Origin: Nitrospirales bacterium
GTDB taxonomy: Bacteria; Nitrospirota; Nitrospiria; Nitrospirales; UBA8639
Assembly (NCBI GenBank): GCA_965261755.1
Contig: OZ253473.1
Span: 225,175 to 289,174 of the forward strand
Length of the DNA stretch: 64,000 nt
Direction of reading: 5' to 3'
How positions within the stretch are numbered: the first letter of the stretch is position 1; each line of letters starts with the position of its first letter. A program made the translations under genes and the position numbers. Below, piece after piece: positions 1-9,525 of this stretch. The notes beneath the pieces are model-generated. The model saw only the letters and a list, made by a program, of their open reading frames with translations. It made no database searches and was not told where the DNA came from.

Positions 1-1063
1 CCTGATTGGGGAATTCCGGACTCACCTCGACGAACGGTAGGTCGCTCTCGAGCATGATGGTCCCGCCAAACGTCTCGTCGCCCTCCGCCTCCGTGTCATC
101 CAGAAGGGTAAAGGGAAAGGTTACTTGATGCGTTTCGTACTGTGATCCATTGAATGTGAAATCCGACGGGTTGAACGTTACCGATTGGGAGAGGGGAGGG
201 AAATCGACCCCCTCTTTCGCGGTACCCTCGACCAACCATACCCGCACGGGTATGGACACGGTCGGCGGACGATCACCTCTGGTCCACGCCATCACGATCA
301 GGAACGTGGCATCACCTTCCTCGACTCTAACCGGCGTGAAGAGGTGAACCTCGGTCGCTGGTTCGCCGCCATCCGCGACCGTGACCAGCACCGATGCCGA
401 GCAGTTGTTCGTCGTGTCGGACTCATCCGTCACCGCATCCACGCACGCGCCGTAGTAGTACGTGCCGGGGCTCGACGGCGCCGTCAGCGAGATGGACTCG
501 CCACCGCGCCCCGAGGCGGCCAGCGCCGCCAGCGGGTCCGTCCCCACGGCCGTGTCGGACGTCGTGATCGTCGCGTCCGTTGACCGGTAGTACCGTAGCG
601 TCGTCGCCGGCGACTCCCCGTCGCCCGTGTTGCTCACCGTCGCCGACAGGGTGAACCGCGCCTCTGTCACCGGCCCGCTGTCACTCACCGTTGGCGACTC
701 CACCACCAGATCCGGCTGATCCGGCAACTGCGACTGCGTCTCCACCAGGTCCTGCTGGTCCGTCAACCGCGGCGGCGTCTTCACCAGGTTCTGCTGGCCC
801 GGCAACTGCGGCGGCGTCTCCACCAGGTCCTGCTGGCCCGGCAACTGTGGCGGCGTCTCCACCAGGTTCTGCTGGCCCTGGGTCTCCGCGACATTCGGCG
901 ACGGCGGCACGATCAGCATCTGGTCCACGCTGCTTCTGGAACCACCTTCTACGGAGACCGGGCCGGAACCGCCACCACCGCCGCAACTCGCAAGTCCGGT
1001 GCAAGTCAGCACGACCAACCCGAGAGCCGCGATCCCCTTCAAGCTGTGGAAACGAGTGGTCAT
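1..1063 (-). CDS. Surface lipoprotein, 3' end cut by the window edge: lipobox signal peptide, 13-aa tandem repeats, CARDB-like domain, Calx-beta domain
   Basis: Own minus-strand translation from the ATG at 1063: MTTRFHSLKGIAALGLVVLTCTGLASCGGGG (lipobox LASC). This is followed by about 4.5 copies of QQ[ND]LVETPPQLPG, then TVSNTGDGESPATTLRYYRSTDATITTSD...PGTYYYGACVDAV.DESDTTNNCS (CARDB-like). It ends with EGTAKEGVDF...LLDDTEAEGDETF (Calx-beta motif). The frame stays open to base 1. It is absent from the ORF track because no stop lies inside the window. Confidence 0.7.
   Translation of the reverse strand, partial: MTTRFHSLKGIAALGLVVLTCTGLASCGGGGGSGPVSVEGGSRSSVDQMLIVPPSPNVAETQGQQNLVETPPQLPGQQDLVETPPQLPGQQNLVKTPPRLTDQQDLVETQSQLPDQPDLVVESPTVSDSGPVTEARFTLSATVSNTGDGESPATTLRYYRSTDATITTSDTAVGTDPLAALAASGRGGESISLTAPSSPGTYYYGACVDAVTDESDTTNNCSASVLVTVADGGEPATEVHLFTPVRVEEGDATFLIVMAWTRGDRPPTVSIPVRVWLVEGTAKEGVDFPPLSQSVTFNPSDFTFNGSQYETHQVTFPFTLLDDTEAEGDETFGGTIMLESDLPFVEVSPEFPNQ
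698..881 (-). repeat. Tandem 39-bp coding repeat, about 4.5 copies, the first degenerate at 42 bp
   Basis: Units ctccaccagg[t/c]cctgctggcccggcaactg[c/t]ggcggcgt lie at 740-778, 779-817 and 818-856. There is a partial copy at 857-881 and a degenerate copy at 698-739. Each unit encodes 13 aa of the lipoprotein. Confidence 0.9.
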
Positions 1064-1112
1064 GTCTTCAGTCCAGCGGTGGTATAAATCAAAAGCACGG
1101 CATGAGTGTGGA

Positions 1113-2522
1113 TCACGCCTCGACCCGAGACACGGTCACGCCCAGGGAGCGGGCTTCGGTCATGCCGGCATTGCGCAGCAATTGGACCGTGGCCACGCCG
1201 CTGGTCGTGCCGTGGTGTATCGTGATCTCCACGGGCTCGTCGAGATAATCCTCGCCCGGCATCGCAGGATTCTCACCCTCGCCCGGGACGAGTCGCACCA
1301 GCAGGCGGATCTCTTCACTGACCGGTGCGCTGAGCGTGACCTCCACTTTGATTTCCTCGCCGCTGCCGGCCTGGTCCTGGAGAAAGCGCACTGCCAGGCC
1401 CTGTAGCACGTCATCCACGACGGGCAGAGTCCTGTCCCGCTCGGCTACCCGAATTGGGCCGATGTTCTCAATGGGACGCCAGATGTCCATGGTTGCGTGG
1501 TGTTGTGCCAAACTCCCTAAATCCAGCCCCTGCCACCCGGGGATGGGCTCCCGGCTGCCCAGGGGAAATGTCAAAAAGGCGGAGGCCGACGGGTTCGGGG
1601 TACTGGTCCCGATGCCGTCCCAGGCGGTCCTGATTTTCACCCAGGCATGGGGTTGCCAGGAAAAGCCCACGCGGGCACCGGTTTCCCAACGCCCGGCGCC
1701 GTCACGCGCTTCCCAGCGCGTCAGCGCGGTCTCCAGGCCCAGCGTGGCGGTGGGTTGGAGTTGCACGCTCAGTTCCATCCCCGCCAAGGCGCGTTCTTCA
1801 TCGCCTGCCCGGCTCCTGGCGTCCTGCCAGCCGGTGGTCGGCTGAAAGTAATTGAAGGTGCTGCGTCCCCAGACCCCATCATAGTCAAAGCCGGTGACGA
1901 CCCGGCCATGGCCGTATTCCAGGTTTTGTTGAAAGAAGGTCGACAGGCCGAACACGTTGGCCCCCGGCTCATCGGACACGTTGAAGCGCCGCACCACGCC
2001 ATAACGCATGTCGTATCGGCGCAGGCCTTGGCCATCGGTCCAACTGGTCACGCCTTGCTGGAAGAACAAGGCTCCGTCCTCTGCGCCGGCGTCCTCTCCG
2101 GCTTCCTTTCCGCCGAAGCCGATGACGCCCGCTAACGCCGACAGGGGCACCACGGCATCCACTTCGCCACTGAGCCCGCCCCCGACCTGGGAATAGGTCA
2201 ATCGGTTGGCGAGGGAGAAATGTTCACCGAAGAGTCTTTTGCCGTACGCATTGGCGAAGTGCGTGGTCTTGTCCATCAGGATGCCATTGACCATCTGTTC
2301 CATGAAGCAACGGGACCCGCTGGAGACGCCCTGCTCGAATGCGTTCCCGCAGGCCAGCACACCGGATACGGCACCGCTGCTTTGGGGATCACCATTTTCC
2401 GGAGGAGGATAGGGTGTGGAGGAATCGGCGTGAGTGACCGGCAGGACACCCAAGGTCACCAGCAGGACGAGCGTCAGGATACTGCTCAGATTCTCCACTT
2501 TGCAGGTGTGTGCCCCGTTCAT
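1113..2522 (-). CDS. Inverse-autotransporter-like outer-membrane beta-barrel protein with a single C-terminal Calx-beta-like domain
   Basis: Signal peptide MNGAHTCKVENLSSILTLVLLVTLGVLPVTHA follows a GAGGA RBS (start 2522 preferred over 2573). The central region shows an IAT_beta-like pattern (LFFQQG, GVVRRFN, GLSTFFQQNLEYGHGRVV, FNYFQPTTGW, ERALAGMEL). The C-terminus GEDYLDEPVEITIHHGTTSGVATVQLL is Calx-beta-like. Confidence 0.6.
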   Translation of the reverse strand: MNGAHTCKVENLSSILTLVLLVTLGVLPVTHADSSTPYPPPENGDPQSSGAVSGVLACGNAFEQGVSSGSRCFMEQMVNGILMDKTTHFANAYGKRLFGEHFSLANRLTYSQVGGGLSGEVDAVVPLSALAGVIGFGGKEAGEDAGAEDGALFFQQGVTSWTDGQGLRRYDMRYGVVRRFNVSDEPGANVFGLSTFFQQNLEYGHGRVVTGFDYDGVWGRSTFNYFQPTTGWQDARSRAGDEERALAGMELSVQLQPTATLGLETALTRWEARDGAGRWETGARVGFSWQPHAWVKIRTAWDGIGTSTPNPSASAFLTFPLGSREPIPGWQGLDLGSLAQHHATMDIWRPIENIGPIRVAERDRTLPVVDDVLQGLAVRFLQDQAGSGEEIKVEVTLSAPVSEEIRLLVRLVPGEGENPAMPGEDYLDEPVEITIHHGTTSGVATVQLLRNAGMTEARSLGVTVSRVEA

Positions 2523-2895
2523 TGATTCATCCTCGCGAAACTGCCCCCCGGCTCCTGTCCCACCTTCTGTCATCCCGCCGTCGCCTCGTTTGGCGCACCT
2601 TCGTGGTGCAAAGGGCGCTTACTTACCGTCTTTAATCCTACTTGTCAATACGTATGAAACAGAACGCTTGTTCCAGACAAAAACAGAATGCTTGGTCCAG
2701 AAGTCTACCTAAAAGCCAGATCCTCGGAAAGACAGGGAAGAGGAAGGTCGCCGCTGGCGCGGCGAAAATACGGCCCGTGTTCCTGTGCCTGGAATATCGC
2801 ATTTTTCCGGCGGCGGCTTCCATTCTCCGGTGGAAGGAGAAGCTTTGCGAGAGACTCAGGCCTCGTACAGCACTAACCATAGCCATAGGGATAAC

Positions 2896-3357
2896 ATGCT
2901 GAATGTATTAAATCAGTCATGTTTATCAACAAATGAAGCATACTATTTGAATGAGGAAAGCATTGCTGCCATGAACAAGTTAGCCGAGAGAATTCGAGCC
3001 GCCCGGGAAGAGGCGGGCCTATCCCAAGCGGACGTCGCCAAAGCATTGTGCCTCTCGCGTTCTGCAGTCAATCAGTGGGAGCAGGGCTTGAGCAAGAATA
3101 TCAGACTGAGTCACTTTTTCGCGCTCGCCAGGTTGCTGGGGCAAAACCCGCAATGGCTGGCCACCGGCCAAGTGTTCCCCCGAGCGCGAGAGCCGGTCGT
3201 GATGTCGCCGACACCGGATTATCCTTCCCTCACCAGCGAGGAAAAAGCGCTGCTTCACCAGATTCGCCGGCTGCCCGGCACGTTACGGAAAGGGCTGCTG
3301 AAGTTCCTGAGAGCGCTGGACGACGTCACAGTTTCACCTGATAAATCCGGCGGCTGA
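2896..3357 (+). CDS. XRE-family helix-turn-helix transcriptional regulator
   Basis: HTH_3-type motif IRAAREEAGLSQADVAKALCLSRSAVNQWEQG. The start is ambiguous between ATG 2896 and ATG 2971 (MNKLAERI). Confidence 0.75.
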   Translation: MLNVLNQSCLSTNEAYYLNEESIAAMNKLAERIRAAREEAGLSQADVAKALCLSRSAVNQWEQGLSKNIRLSHFFALARLLGQNPQWLATGQVFPRAREPVVMSPTPDYPSLTSEEKALLHQIRRLPGTLRKGLLKFLRALDDVTVSPDKSGG

Positions 3358-3666
3358 GGTTCTGTCTTCGTAGCCGCGCCATCCCATCGCGCCTTCTTCC
3401 TTCTGTCAGCGAATGCCCGAACATTTACAATTCCGAGCGAAGCAAGGAATCTTCTTTTATCCCCGCCCTCTTTTCCGAGCCGCATAAAACCTATCCCCGG
3501 CCATGACCCGGACCGCCGCCCTATAAATACTCCGGATTCCGGTTTCAGCGAGAATGACGCAAGGGAAAGGGTGGCTGGCTTCCTGCACGTTTCTCACGGA
3601 GGGGCTTTCTCTCCCCTGCTCACTCCCGTATGATACGCACACAATCTTCTGATCTCGTTCCGAACC

Positions 3667-5154
3667 ATGAGCCAGCCCGTTCTTTCTTCAAGTTCTTCCA
3701 CGCGTCCCGGCACCGGGCGCTTTCCGCTGGTCCGGACCAAGCCCTTTCATGAAGACAGTCCCTGGGAGGTCTACCAGCGGATGGCCGTTCCTCACCGGCC
3801 GTCGGTCCTGCTGGAAAGCGGGAAACAATCCTCCGGCCAGGCCCGCTATTCGTTTGTGGCCGCCGACCCGTACCTGATCTTTTCCGGGGGCCCTGGCCAC
3901 TTTACCCTGGAAACCGCACACGGTAAGACGCGGCATCGAGGGGATCCGCTGCCCGCATTATTCAGGCTCCTGGGCCCGTGCCTGGTTCCTCGTTCCGATT
4001 CCCTGCCGCCGTTTATCGGTGGAGCCGTCGGGTATCTGAGTTATGATGCCGTTCGGCACTACGAAGTGCTCCCGTCGCTGGCTCGCCGGGACCTCCCCCT
4101 GCCCGATCTGGAGTTTCTGTTTTTCGATCTGGTGGTGGTGATCGATCACCAGACCCGGACGCTGCAGATGGTGTTCACCCCGGCTCCCGACCGGCTGCTG
4201 TCCGAATCTCATGAGGCCTTGTCTCGTGAAGGGACTGCTCGAATGGCCGAACTGGACAGCCTCTTGTGTTCCCCGTTTGTGAAGACCGGCCCATCGGGAT
4301 CTCCGATCGTGGCGTCAACCATGGAGGGCACCCATTCCGAACGGGAGTACGTCGAACGCGTGCAACAATGCCAGGCGTTCATCGGGGCCGGCGACATTTA
4401 TCAGGCCAATCTCGCCCAACGCTTTTCCGTGGCATTCAATCCAGTGGAGGATGATTCGCTGCACACGGTCGGCCACAACCTGTATCACCGCCTGCGCCTG
4501 GTGAACCCTTCGCCGTTTTCCGGGTTATTCGTGACCGAAAACCTCGCGTTGGTCTCGTCCTCGCCCGAACGACTCGTCCAGGTTACCGGCAACCGGGTGT
4601 CGGCCCGTCCCCTTGCCGGCACCCGGCCGCGAGGCCGCACCGCGGGTGAGGATCACGAACTCATGGACAACCTCCGGCTCGACGCGAAAGAACGCGCGGA
4701 ACACGTCATGTTGGTGGATCTGGCTCGTAATGACCTGGGCCGGGTCTGCGAATACGGGTCGGTCCACGTGGACGAATTCATGACGATTGAACAGTATTCG
4801 CACGTGGCGCATTTGGTGTCCGAGGTCAGGGGCACGCTGCGGCCCGCGTGTTCCACGCCGGACCTCATTCGATCCGTGTTCCCCGGCGGCACGATCACCG
4901 GGGCCCCCAAGATCCGCTGCATGGAGATCATCGAAGAGCTGGAACCCGTTCGTCGCGGGCCCTATACCGGATCCCTGGGGTACCTGAGTTGGACCGGGGA
5001 CGTGGACTTCAACATTCTCATTCGCACCATGGTGTTGACGCAGCAACGGGCCTACCTGCAAGTGGGCGCCGGCATCGTTGCGGACTCCGATCCCCATCGT
5101 GAATACCAGGAAACCCTGTACAAGGCCCAAGCCCTGTTTGAAGCGTTGCACTAA
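3667..5154 (+). CDS. pabB: Aminodeoxychorismate synthase component I (chorismate-binding enzyme, PabB/TrpE family)
   Basis: Chorismate-binding C-terminal motifs are present: SPERLV, GTRPRG, LRLDAKERAEHVMLVDLARND, FPGGTITGAPK, RGPYTGSLGY. The pabB call rather than trpE rests on the adjacent class IV aminotransferase/ADC lyase gene. Confidence 0.75.
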   Translation: MSQPVLSSSSSTRPGTGRFPLVRTKPFHEDSPWEVYQRMAVPHRPSVLLESGKQSSGQARYSFVAADPYLIFSGGPGHFTLETAHGKTRHRGDPLPALFRLLGPCLVPRSDSLPPFIGGAVGYLSYDAVRHYEVLPSLARRDLPLPDLEFLFFDLVVVIDHQTRTLQMVFTPAPDRLLSESHEALSREGTARMAELDSLLCSPFVKTGPSGSPIVASTMEGTHSEREYVERVQQCQAFIGAGDIYQANLAQRFSVAFNPVEDDSLHTVGHNLYHRLRLVNPSPFSGLFVTENLALVSSSPERLVQVTGNRVSARPLAGTRPRGRTAGEDHELMDNLRLDAKERAEHVMLVDLARNDLGRVCEYGSVHVDEFMTIEQYSHVAHLVSEVRGTLRPACSTPDLIRSVFPGGTITGAPKIRCMEIIEELEPVRRGPYTGSLGYLSWTGDVDFNILIRTMVLTQQRAYLQVGAGIVADSDPHREYQETLYKAQALFEALH

Positions 5155-5172
5155 GACGCCGCGTGTCTTTCT

Positions 5173-6066
5173 ATGTGGATTTATCTGAATGGCCGGATCG
5201 TGCAGGAAGAACGGGCGCGGATTTCCGTCTTCGATCGCGGGTTTTTGTATGGCGACGGCGTCTTCGAAACGGTCCGGATCCACGAGGGGCATTCGATGTG
5301 GCTGGACCGTCATCTCGCACGGCTCGCCGACTCCTGCCGGCAGATCCGGCTGCCGTTACCCGATAAACAGTGGCCGGCGATTTTTCAGAAGGTCATTGAC
5401 AAGAATCGTGTGGATCATGCGTTGATTCGCCTGACACTTTCCCGAGGGGGGCGAGGCGGGGAATCCGCAACCCCTGACGCCGCCGGGCCGATCCTTCGCT
5501 CCGCTCAGGACAGGCTCCAGAGCACCACGACGATTGTGCTGTTTCCGCGGCCACTCCCGCACGTGACGCCCGTCCAACGGCGCAAGGGGGTGACGCTCAC
5601 GATCGTCACGATTCGCAGGCCGTCACCGCTTTCGCATCCGGCGCAAGCCAAAACCCTGAACTATCTGAATAACCTGTTGGCCAAACAGGAGGCTGCGGAA
5701 CGGGATGCTTTCGAAGGGTTGATGTTGACCACGGGCGGGCACCTGGCCGAATGCTCGATGAGCAACGTGTTCTTTATCAAGGACAGGATACTGTACACGC
5801 CTTCATTGGCATGCGGCGTCTTGCCCGGCATCACCCGGGAGGTCGTGCTGGACGTGGCCCCGACCCTGGGCCTTCAACCCCGGGAGGGCCGCTACCGCCC
5901 TGAATCCCTGTACGAAGCGGATGAATGTTTTTTGACCAGCAGCGGGGTCGGCATTCTACCGGTTGAAACAATCGACGGGCGGGCCTTTCCGAAACGAGCG
6001 GCTCACTCTTGGGTAGACATGCTTCAAACCCAGTACAATCGCCTGCTAAGAGAACAGAGTCGATGA
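5173..6066 (+). CDS. pabC: Aminodeoxychorismate lyase / class IV (branched-chain/D-amino-acid) aminotransferase fold
   Basis: N-terminus FDRGFLYGDGVFETVRI plus later KTLNYLNNLLAKQEA and LPGITRE are typical of PLP fold-type IV. It lies 19 nt downstream of pabB. Confidence 0.7.
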   Translation: MWIYLNGRIVQEERARISVFDRGFLYGDGVFETVRIHEGHSMWLDRHLARLADSCRQIRLPLPDKQWPAIFQKVIDKNRVDHALIRLTLSRGGRGGESATPDAAGPILRSAQDRLQSTTTIVLFPRPLPHVTPVQRRKGVTLTIVTIRRPSPLSHPAQAKTLNYLNNLLAKQEAAERDAFEGLMLTTGGHLAECSMSNVFFIKDRILYTPSLACGVLPGITREVVLDVAPTLGLQPREGRYRPESLYEADECFLTSSGVGILPVETIDGRAFPKRAAHSWVDMLQTQYNRLLREQSR

Positions 6067-6093
6067 GTAAGCAGTCGAGAAGGGGTCGGCCGG

Positions 6094-7713
6094 TTACCCG
6101 GCGCGCTTCCGGGTTGTGGGAGACGAACGGACAGACTCCAGCAGAACCTGGCTGTGCGTTTTCCACCCCGAACCCCGGCAAGTCGGGAAGTCCTCCCGGT
6201 AATGCGTCCCCAAGCTGTTCTCCCTCCACAAGGCGGCTTCAGTCACACACCGCGCCACCTGGATCATGTTCTTGACTTCGAGGTCGGCTCGCGTCTGCAG
6301 TGAAGCCTCGATTTGCGGGTCCCACCGTGAGAGCTGCGTCAGCGCCTGGATCAGGGAATCGCCGGTCCTGACCAACCCGACCTTGGTCCACATCAGCCGG
6401 CGTAAGGAGTTCCTCAGTTTTTCGCTGTCTTCCAACGCGCCGGCCGGTTCCGCGGCGAACCGTGCGGCCAGACTTTTCATGTGCGCCCGCTTGAGGCCCG
6501 CCGGAAGGGACGCTGCCGACTTGGCGGCACGGTATCCGAAGACCAGCCCTTCCAACAACGAGTTGCTCGCCAAACGATTCGCCCCGTGTACTCCGTTGCA
6601 GGCCGTTTCCCCGGCAGCAAGCAGGCCGGGCAAGGTAGTCTCTCCATCGATCCCCGCTTTCAGGCCGCCCATGAAATAATGGGCGCTTGGAGAAACCGGA
6701 ATCCATTCCTCCGTGATATCGATGTCGAACCGCAGGCAGGTCTGGTAAATCGTCGGGAAGCGTTTTTTGATGAAGTCTTTCCCCAAATGGGTCACGTCCA
6801 AGTACACGTGGCGCGACCGGGAAGCGGCCATTTCCGACCAGATCGCCCGTGCGACGATATCGCGGGAGGCCAGCTCCGCGGCCGGATGATACCGTAACAT
6901 GAACACCTCGCCCTTCCGATTCCGGAGTACCCCGCCTTCACCCCGCATGGCTTCGGACAACAGAAACGGGGGGCTGGAGGGAAGGTATAACGCCGTGGGA
7001 TGAAATTGGACAAACTCCATGTCTTCCAACACGACACCCGCCCGGTAGGCCATGGCCATGCCGTCACCCGTGGCATTTCCCGTATTGGTGGTCCTGGCGT
7101 ACATCTGGCCTGCGCCGCCGGTGGTCAGAATCACGGCGGCCGCCGGGAGGAGTTTGACGTCCCCCGTGGTTTCATTCACCGCCACCGCGCCGCAGCACCG
7201 GCCATCCACGACCAACAGGTCCTTGGTAAAATGACGATCAAACCATTGAATGTTCGGATGCTGCCTGGCCCGTTCCAGCAAGACCCGCATCATTTCATTG
7301 CCCGTGGCGTCGCCCCGGGCCCGCAGGACCCGGTTCCGGCTGTGAGCCCCTTCCCTGGTAAAGACGAATTTCCCGCCGACCTTATCGAACTGCGTGCCCC
7401 AGGTGATGAGTTCCTGGATCCGAGTCGGCCCTTCCTCCACCAGGACCCGAGCCGCCTCTTCTCGACCAAGCTGATGCCCGGCCCGGATCGTATCGGAGAA
7501 ATGCAGGTTCACGTCGTCTTCGGCATTCAGGGCGACGGCGACTCCGCCCTGGGCGTATATCGAATTGCTTTCCAGGCGGCTGCCTTTTGTCACGATCAGC
7601 ACCCGTCCGTGGCGACACAACTCAATCGCGGCACGCAACCCTGCGATCCCGCTCCCGATCACCAGGAAGTCAGCCTCCGGCCCCCAACGATACTTGGTCG
7701 TGACTTTTTTCAT
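6094..7713 (-). CDS. nadB: L-aspartate oxidase
   Basis: FAD-binding DFLVIGSGIAGLRAA, then YAQGGVA, and succinate dehydrogenase/fumarate reductase flavoprotein-like blocks (HPTAL, RGEGG, GLLAAGETACNGVHGANRLASNSLLEGLVFG). Confidence 0.9.
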   Translation of the reverse strand: MKKVTTKYRWGPEADFLVIGSGIAGLRAAIELCRHGRVLIVTKGSRLESNSIYAQGGVAVALNAEDDVNLHFSDTIRAGHQLGREEAARVLVEEGPTRIQELITWGTQFDKVGGKFVFTREGAHSRNRVLRARGDATGNEMMRVLLERARQHPNIQWFDRHFTKDLLVVDGRCCGAVAVNETTGDVKLLPAAAVILTTGGAGQMYARTTNTGNATGDGMAMAYRAGVVLEDMEFVQFHPTALYLPSSPPFLLSEAMRGEGGVLRNRKGEVFMLRYHPAAELASRDIVARAIWSEMAASRSRHVYLDVTHLGKDFIKKRFPTIYQTCLRFDIDITEEWIPVSPSAHYFMGGLKAGIDGETTLPGLLAAGETACNGVHGANRLASNSLLEGLVFGYRAAKSAASLPAGLKRAHMKSLAARFAAEPAGALEDSEKLRNSLRRLMWTKVGLVRTGDSLIQALTQLSRWDPQIEASLQTRADLEVKNMIQVARCVTEAALWRENSLGTHYREDFPTCRGSGWKTHSQVLLESVRSSPTTRKRAG

Positions 7714-7822
7714 GGAAATAAAGATGTCGTGGTGCTGAGGCCACCCGGCAGAACCGGGATCATCAACTATGGGGCGTGATCCGCGGCTTCATTGCGGCCG
7801 CATCAAGAACAGGCAACGGGGC

Positions 7823-8287
7823 TTAACGGCCGGCTTTTCCGAACGGCATCGCTCCTTCCACGCCTGCCAACAACATATCCTTTGTGCCACTCAAAACCCA
7901 GACCCCGTGTCCATGGTCCGTCACCGGCGTTTCTTCGGGGAAGCGTTGCCATTCTCCCTCCCATCGCACGTTGACCTTGATGCGTTCTCCTTGAATGTAG
8001 ATTCGCTCAATCGTGATGTTCAAGGAAATCGTTGAATACGTGTCGAAGTCCCGTTGGATCTGACCTTCGAGCCGCTGAAATCCTTGTAACGGCAACATCA
8101 ATTTTCGAACCGCGTCGAGATTCTGTTTTTCATACGCCGCACGTAAGGTTTCCACCGCCTGCACGATTCGCTCAAATCGTGCATGGTCTGCGGAAATTTT
8201 TTTGTCATCGGAGAAGAACTGGCACCCCGTCATCACCACGACGAGGATCAGGAACAGGCTGAAGAAGGAGAGGTGGAATCGAAACAT
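7823..8287 (-). CDS. Hypothetical lipoprotein
   Basis: MFRFHLSFFSLFLILVVVMTGCQFF looks like a lipobox signal peptide. I recognise no domain. The alternative upstream start at 8353 has no RBS. Confidence 0.5.
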   Translation of the reverse strand: MFRFHLSFFSLFLILVVVMTGCQFFSDDKKISADHARFERIVQAVETLRAAYEKQNLDAVRKLMLPLQGFQRLEGQIQRDFDTYSTISLNITIERIYIQGERIKVNVRWEGEWQRFPEETPVTDHGHGVWVLSGTKDMLLAGVEGAMPFGKAGR

Positions 8288-8474
8288 GCGTCTATTATAG
8301 CGAGAGCGTGAGAAAACCTCAAAACCGGATAACCGTGAGAGACGTTCCGTCATCGGCCTCGCCGGTGGAGTCCATATCGCTGATTACACCGAGGGCACCA
8401 CATCCATGAGTGCCGCACTGGCGCTGACGGCAGTCGAACATCTCAGGAGATCGAAAACCTGTTACTGTCCTTTT

Positions 8475-8870
8475 CTATGCCTTGACTACCAGCGGATGCC
8501 CGATTAGCTGACGATCAACGGTCAGGAGCTTGAGCCCCTCTTCCTGGGCCTGAACGAGCAGGATCTCGTCAAACGGATCTTTATGGGCAATGGGAATCTC
8601 CAGCGACCGGGCTGCGTGACTCGGGGTCATCGGCAGGAAGATGACGTCCTGGTCTTCAAGCATGTTGATCACCACGTTTGGGTCGAAGACATTCTTGCGC
8701 TTGCCCGACCGGTCCCGGATCTGGAATTTCAGCCGCATCTCCCAGATCGACACTGCGCTCACATAGAGCTGTATCGCCTGATTTGTGAGGATCAATCGCT
8801 CAGCATCGGATAAACGCGCGGGCTGCGTCGTTAATCGATAGAGATATGAAGTGTCAAGCAGAATCCGCAT
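8475..8870 (-). CDS. vapC: PIN-domain toxin, VapC family
   Basis: MRILLDTSYL at the N-terminus and HKDPFDEILLVQAQEEGLKLLTVD at the C-terminus are the PIN acidic residue pattern. It sits directly downstream of a small antitoxin gene. Confidence 0.8.
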   Translation of the reverse strand: MRILLDTSYLYRLTTQPARLSDAERLILTNQAIQLYVSAVSIWEMRLKFQIRDRSGKRKNVFDPNVVINMLEDQDVIFLPMTPSHAARSLEIPIAHKDPFDEILLVQAQEEGLKLLTVDRQLIGHPLVVKA

Positions 8871-8878
8871 GGGACAAC

Positions 8879-9133
8879 CTATTCGAGCCCGAGCACCTTG
8901 CGGCTGAACGCCGGATCATCAAATTGCTCGGGCCACTCCCTGGCGTCGTCTTTAATCCCGAGACGCTGACGTGCCTCGTTCAGTTTGTCGAAGTCAATCC
9001 CGCCAGGTTTGCGGAAGCGCACGAGTTCGACCGCCGGCGCTCCATGTTTCGTGATGACAATGCGCTCACCGCCCTGGGCGGCGGCGACAAGTTCGGAAAG
9101 GCGGGCTTTTGCCTGCCGCAGTGCAAATTCCAT
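8879..9133 (-). CDS. Phd/YefM-type antitoxin paired with the PIN toxin
   Basis: AKARLSELVAAAQGGERIVITKHGAPAVELV is the classic Phd/YefM N-terminal motif. The gap to vapC is 8 nt. Confidence 0.75.
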   Translation of the reverse strand: MEFALRQAKARLSELVAAAQGGERIVITKHGAPAVELVRFRKPGGIDFDKLNEARQRLGIKDDAREWPEQFDDPAFSRKVLGLE

Positions 9134-9525
9134 GAACGACCTCCTGATGGTTCACATTGACCACAGTATGACTCCTTCCGTATCTACGGTCAAGACTACA
9201 GTGTGACTACAATTAAAAGATATTGAGAGAACGATATATCCTTCCCCATCGTATGAAATGCCGACCTGAGAAAGAAGGGATGAAGACCTTGGATTCCCTC
9301 CCCGATTAAGCTGGATCCCCGATGACAAACGTCGGGGATACGCCTCGAGGACAAGGCTAACAACTGTGGGAATGGCTTTCCCGTGAAATCCGTTTTCTTG
9401 ACACCTCCTCAAGTGCTGTGATACCTCTGAAAATCTTCGCACCTTGGGTCATCCCTCTCTTTGTTTGCAAGAAGACCCCAGGAGAAAAACCAGCTTCCGC
9501 CCAAGGAAGAAATGAAGGAGTGTGA

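Noticed and set aside
681-1248. ORFs 681-1004 (minus) and 691-1248 (plus), with GPAGPGGDAAAV / PPGPAGP repeat translations.
   Set aside because: They are alternative-frame readings of the 39-bp tandem repeat. The frame with a lipobox start at 1063 and CARDB/Calx-beta motifs is the coherent one.
4525-5313. Long ORFs on the strand opposite well-supported genes. Examples are 4525-5313, 7000-7779, 22117-22845, 38705-39727, 43572-44573, 49822-50289, 51548-52456, 53330-54205 and 55967-56557.
   Set aside because: They lie entirely antisense to genes with clear family motifs. They have Arg/Gly/Pro-rich low-complexity translations typical of shadow ORFs in high-GC DNA, and I recognise no motif in them.
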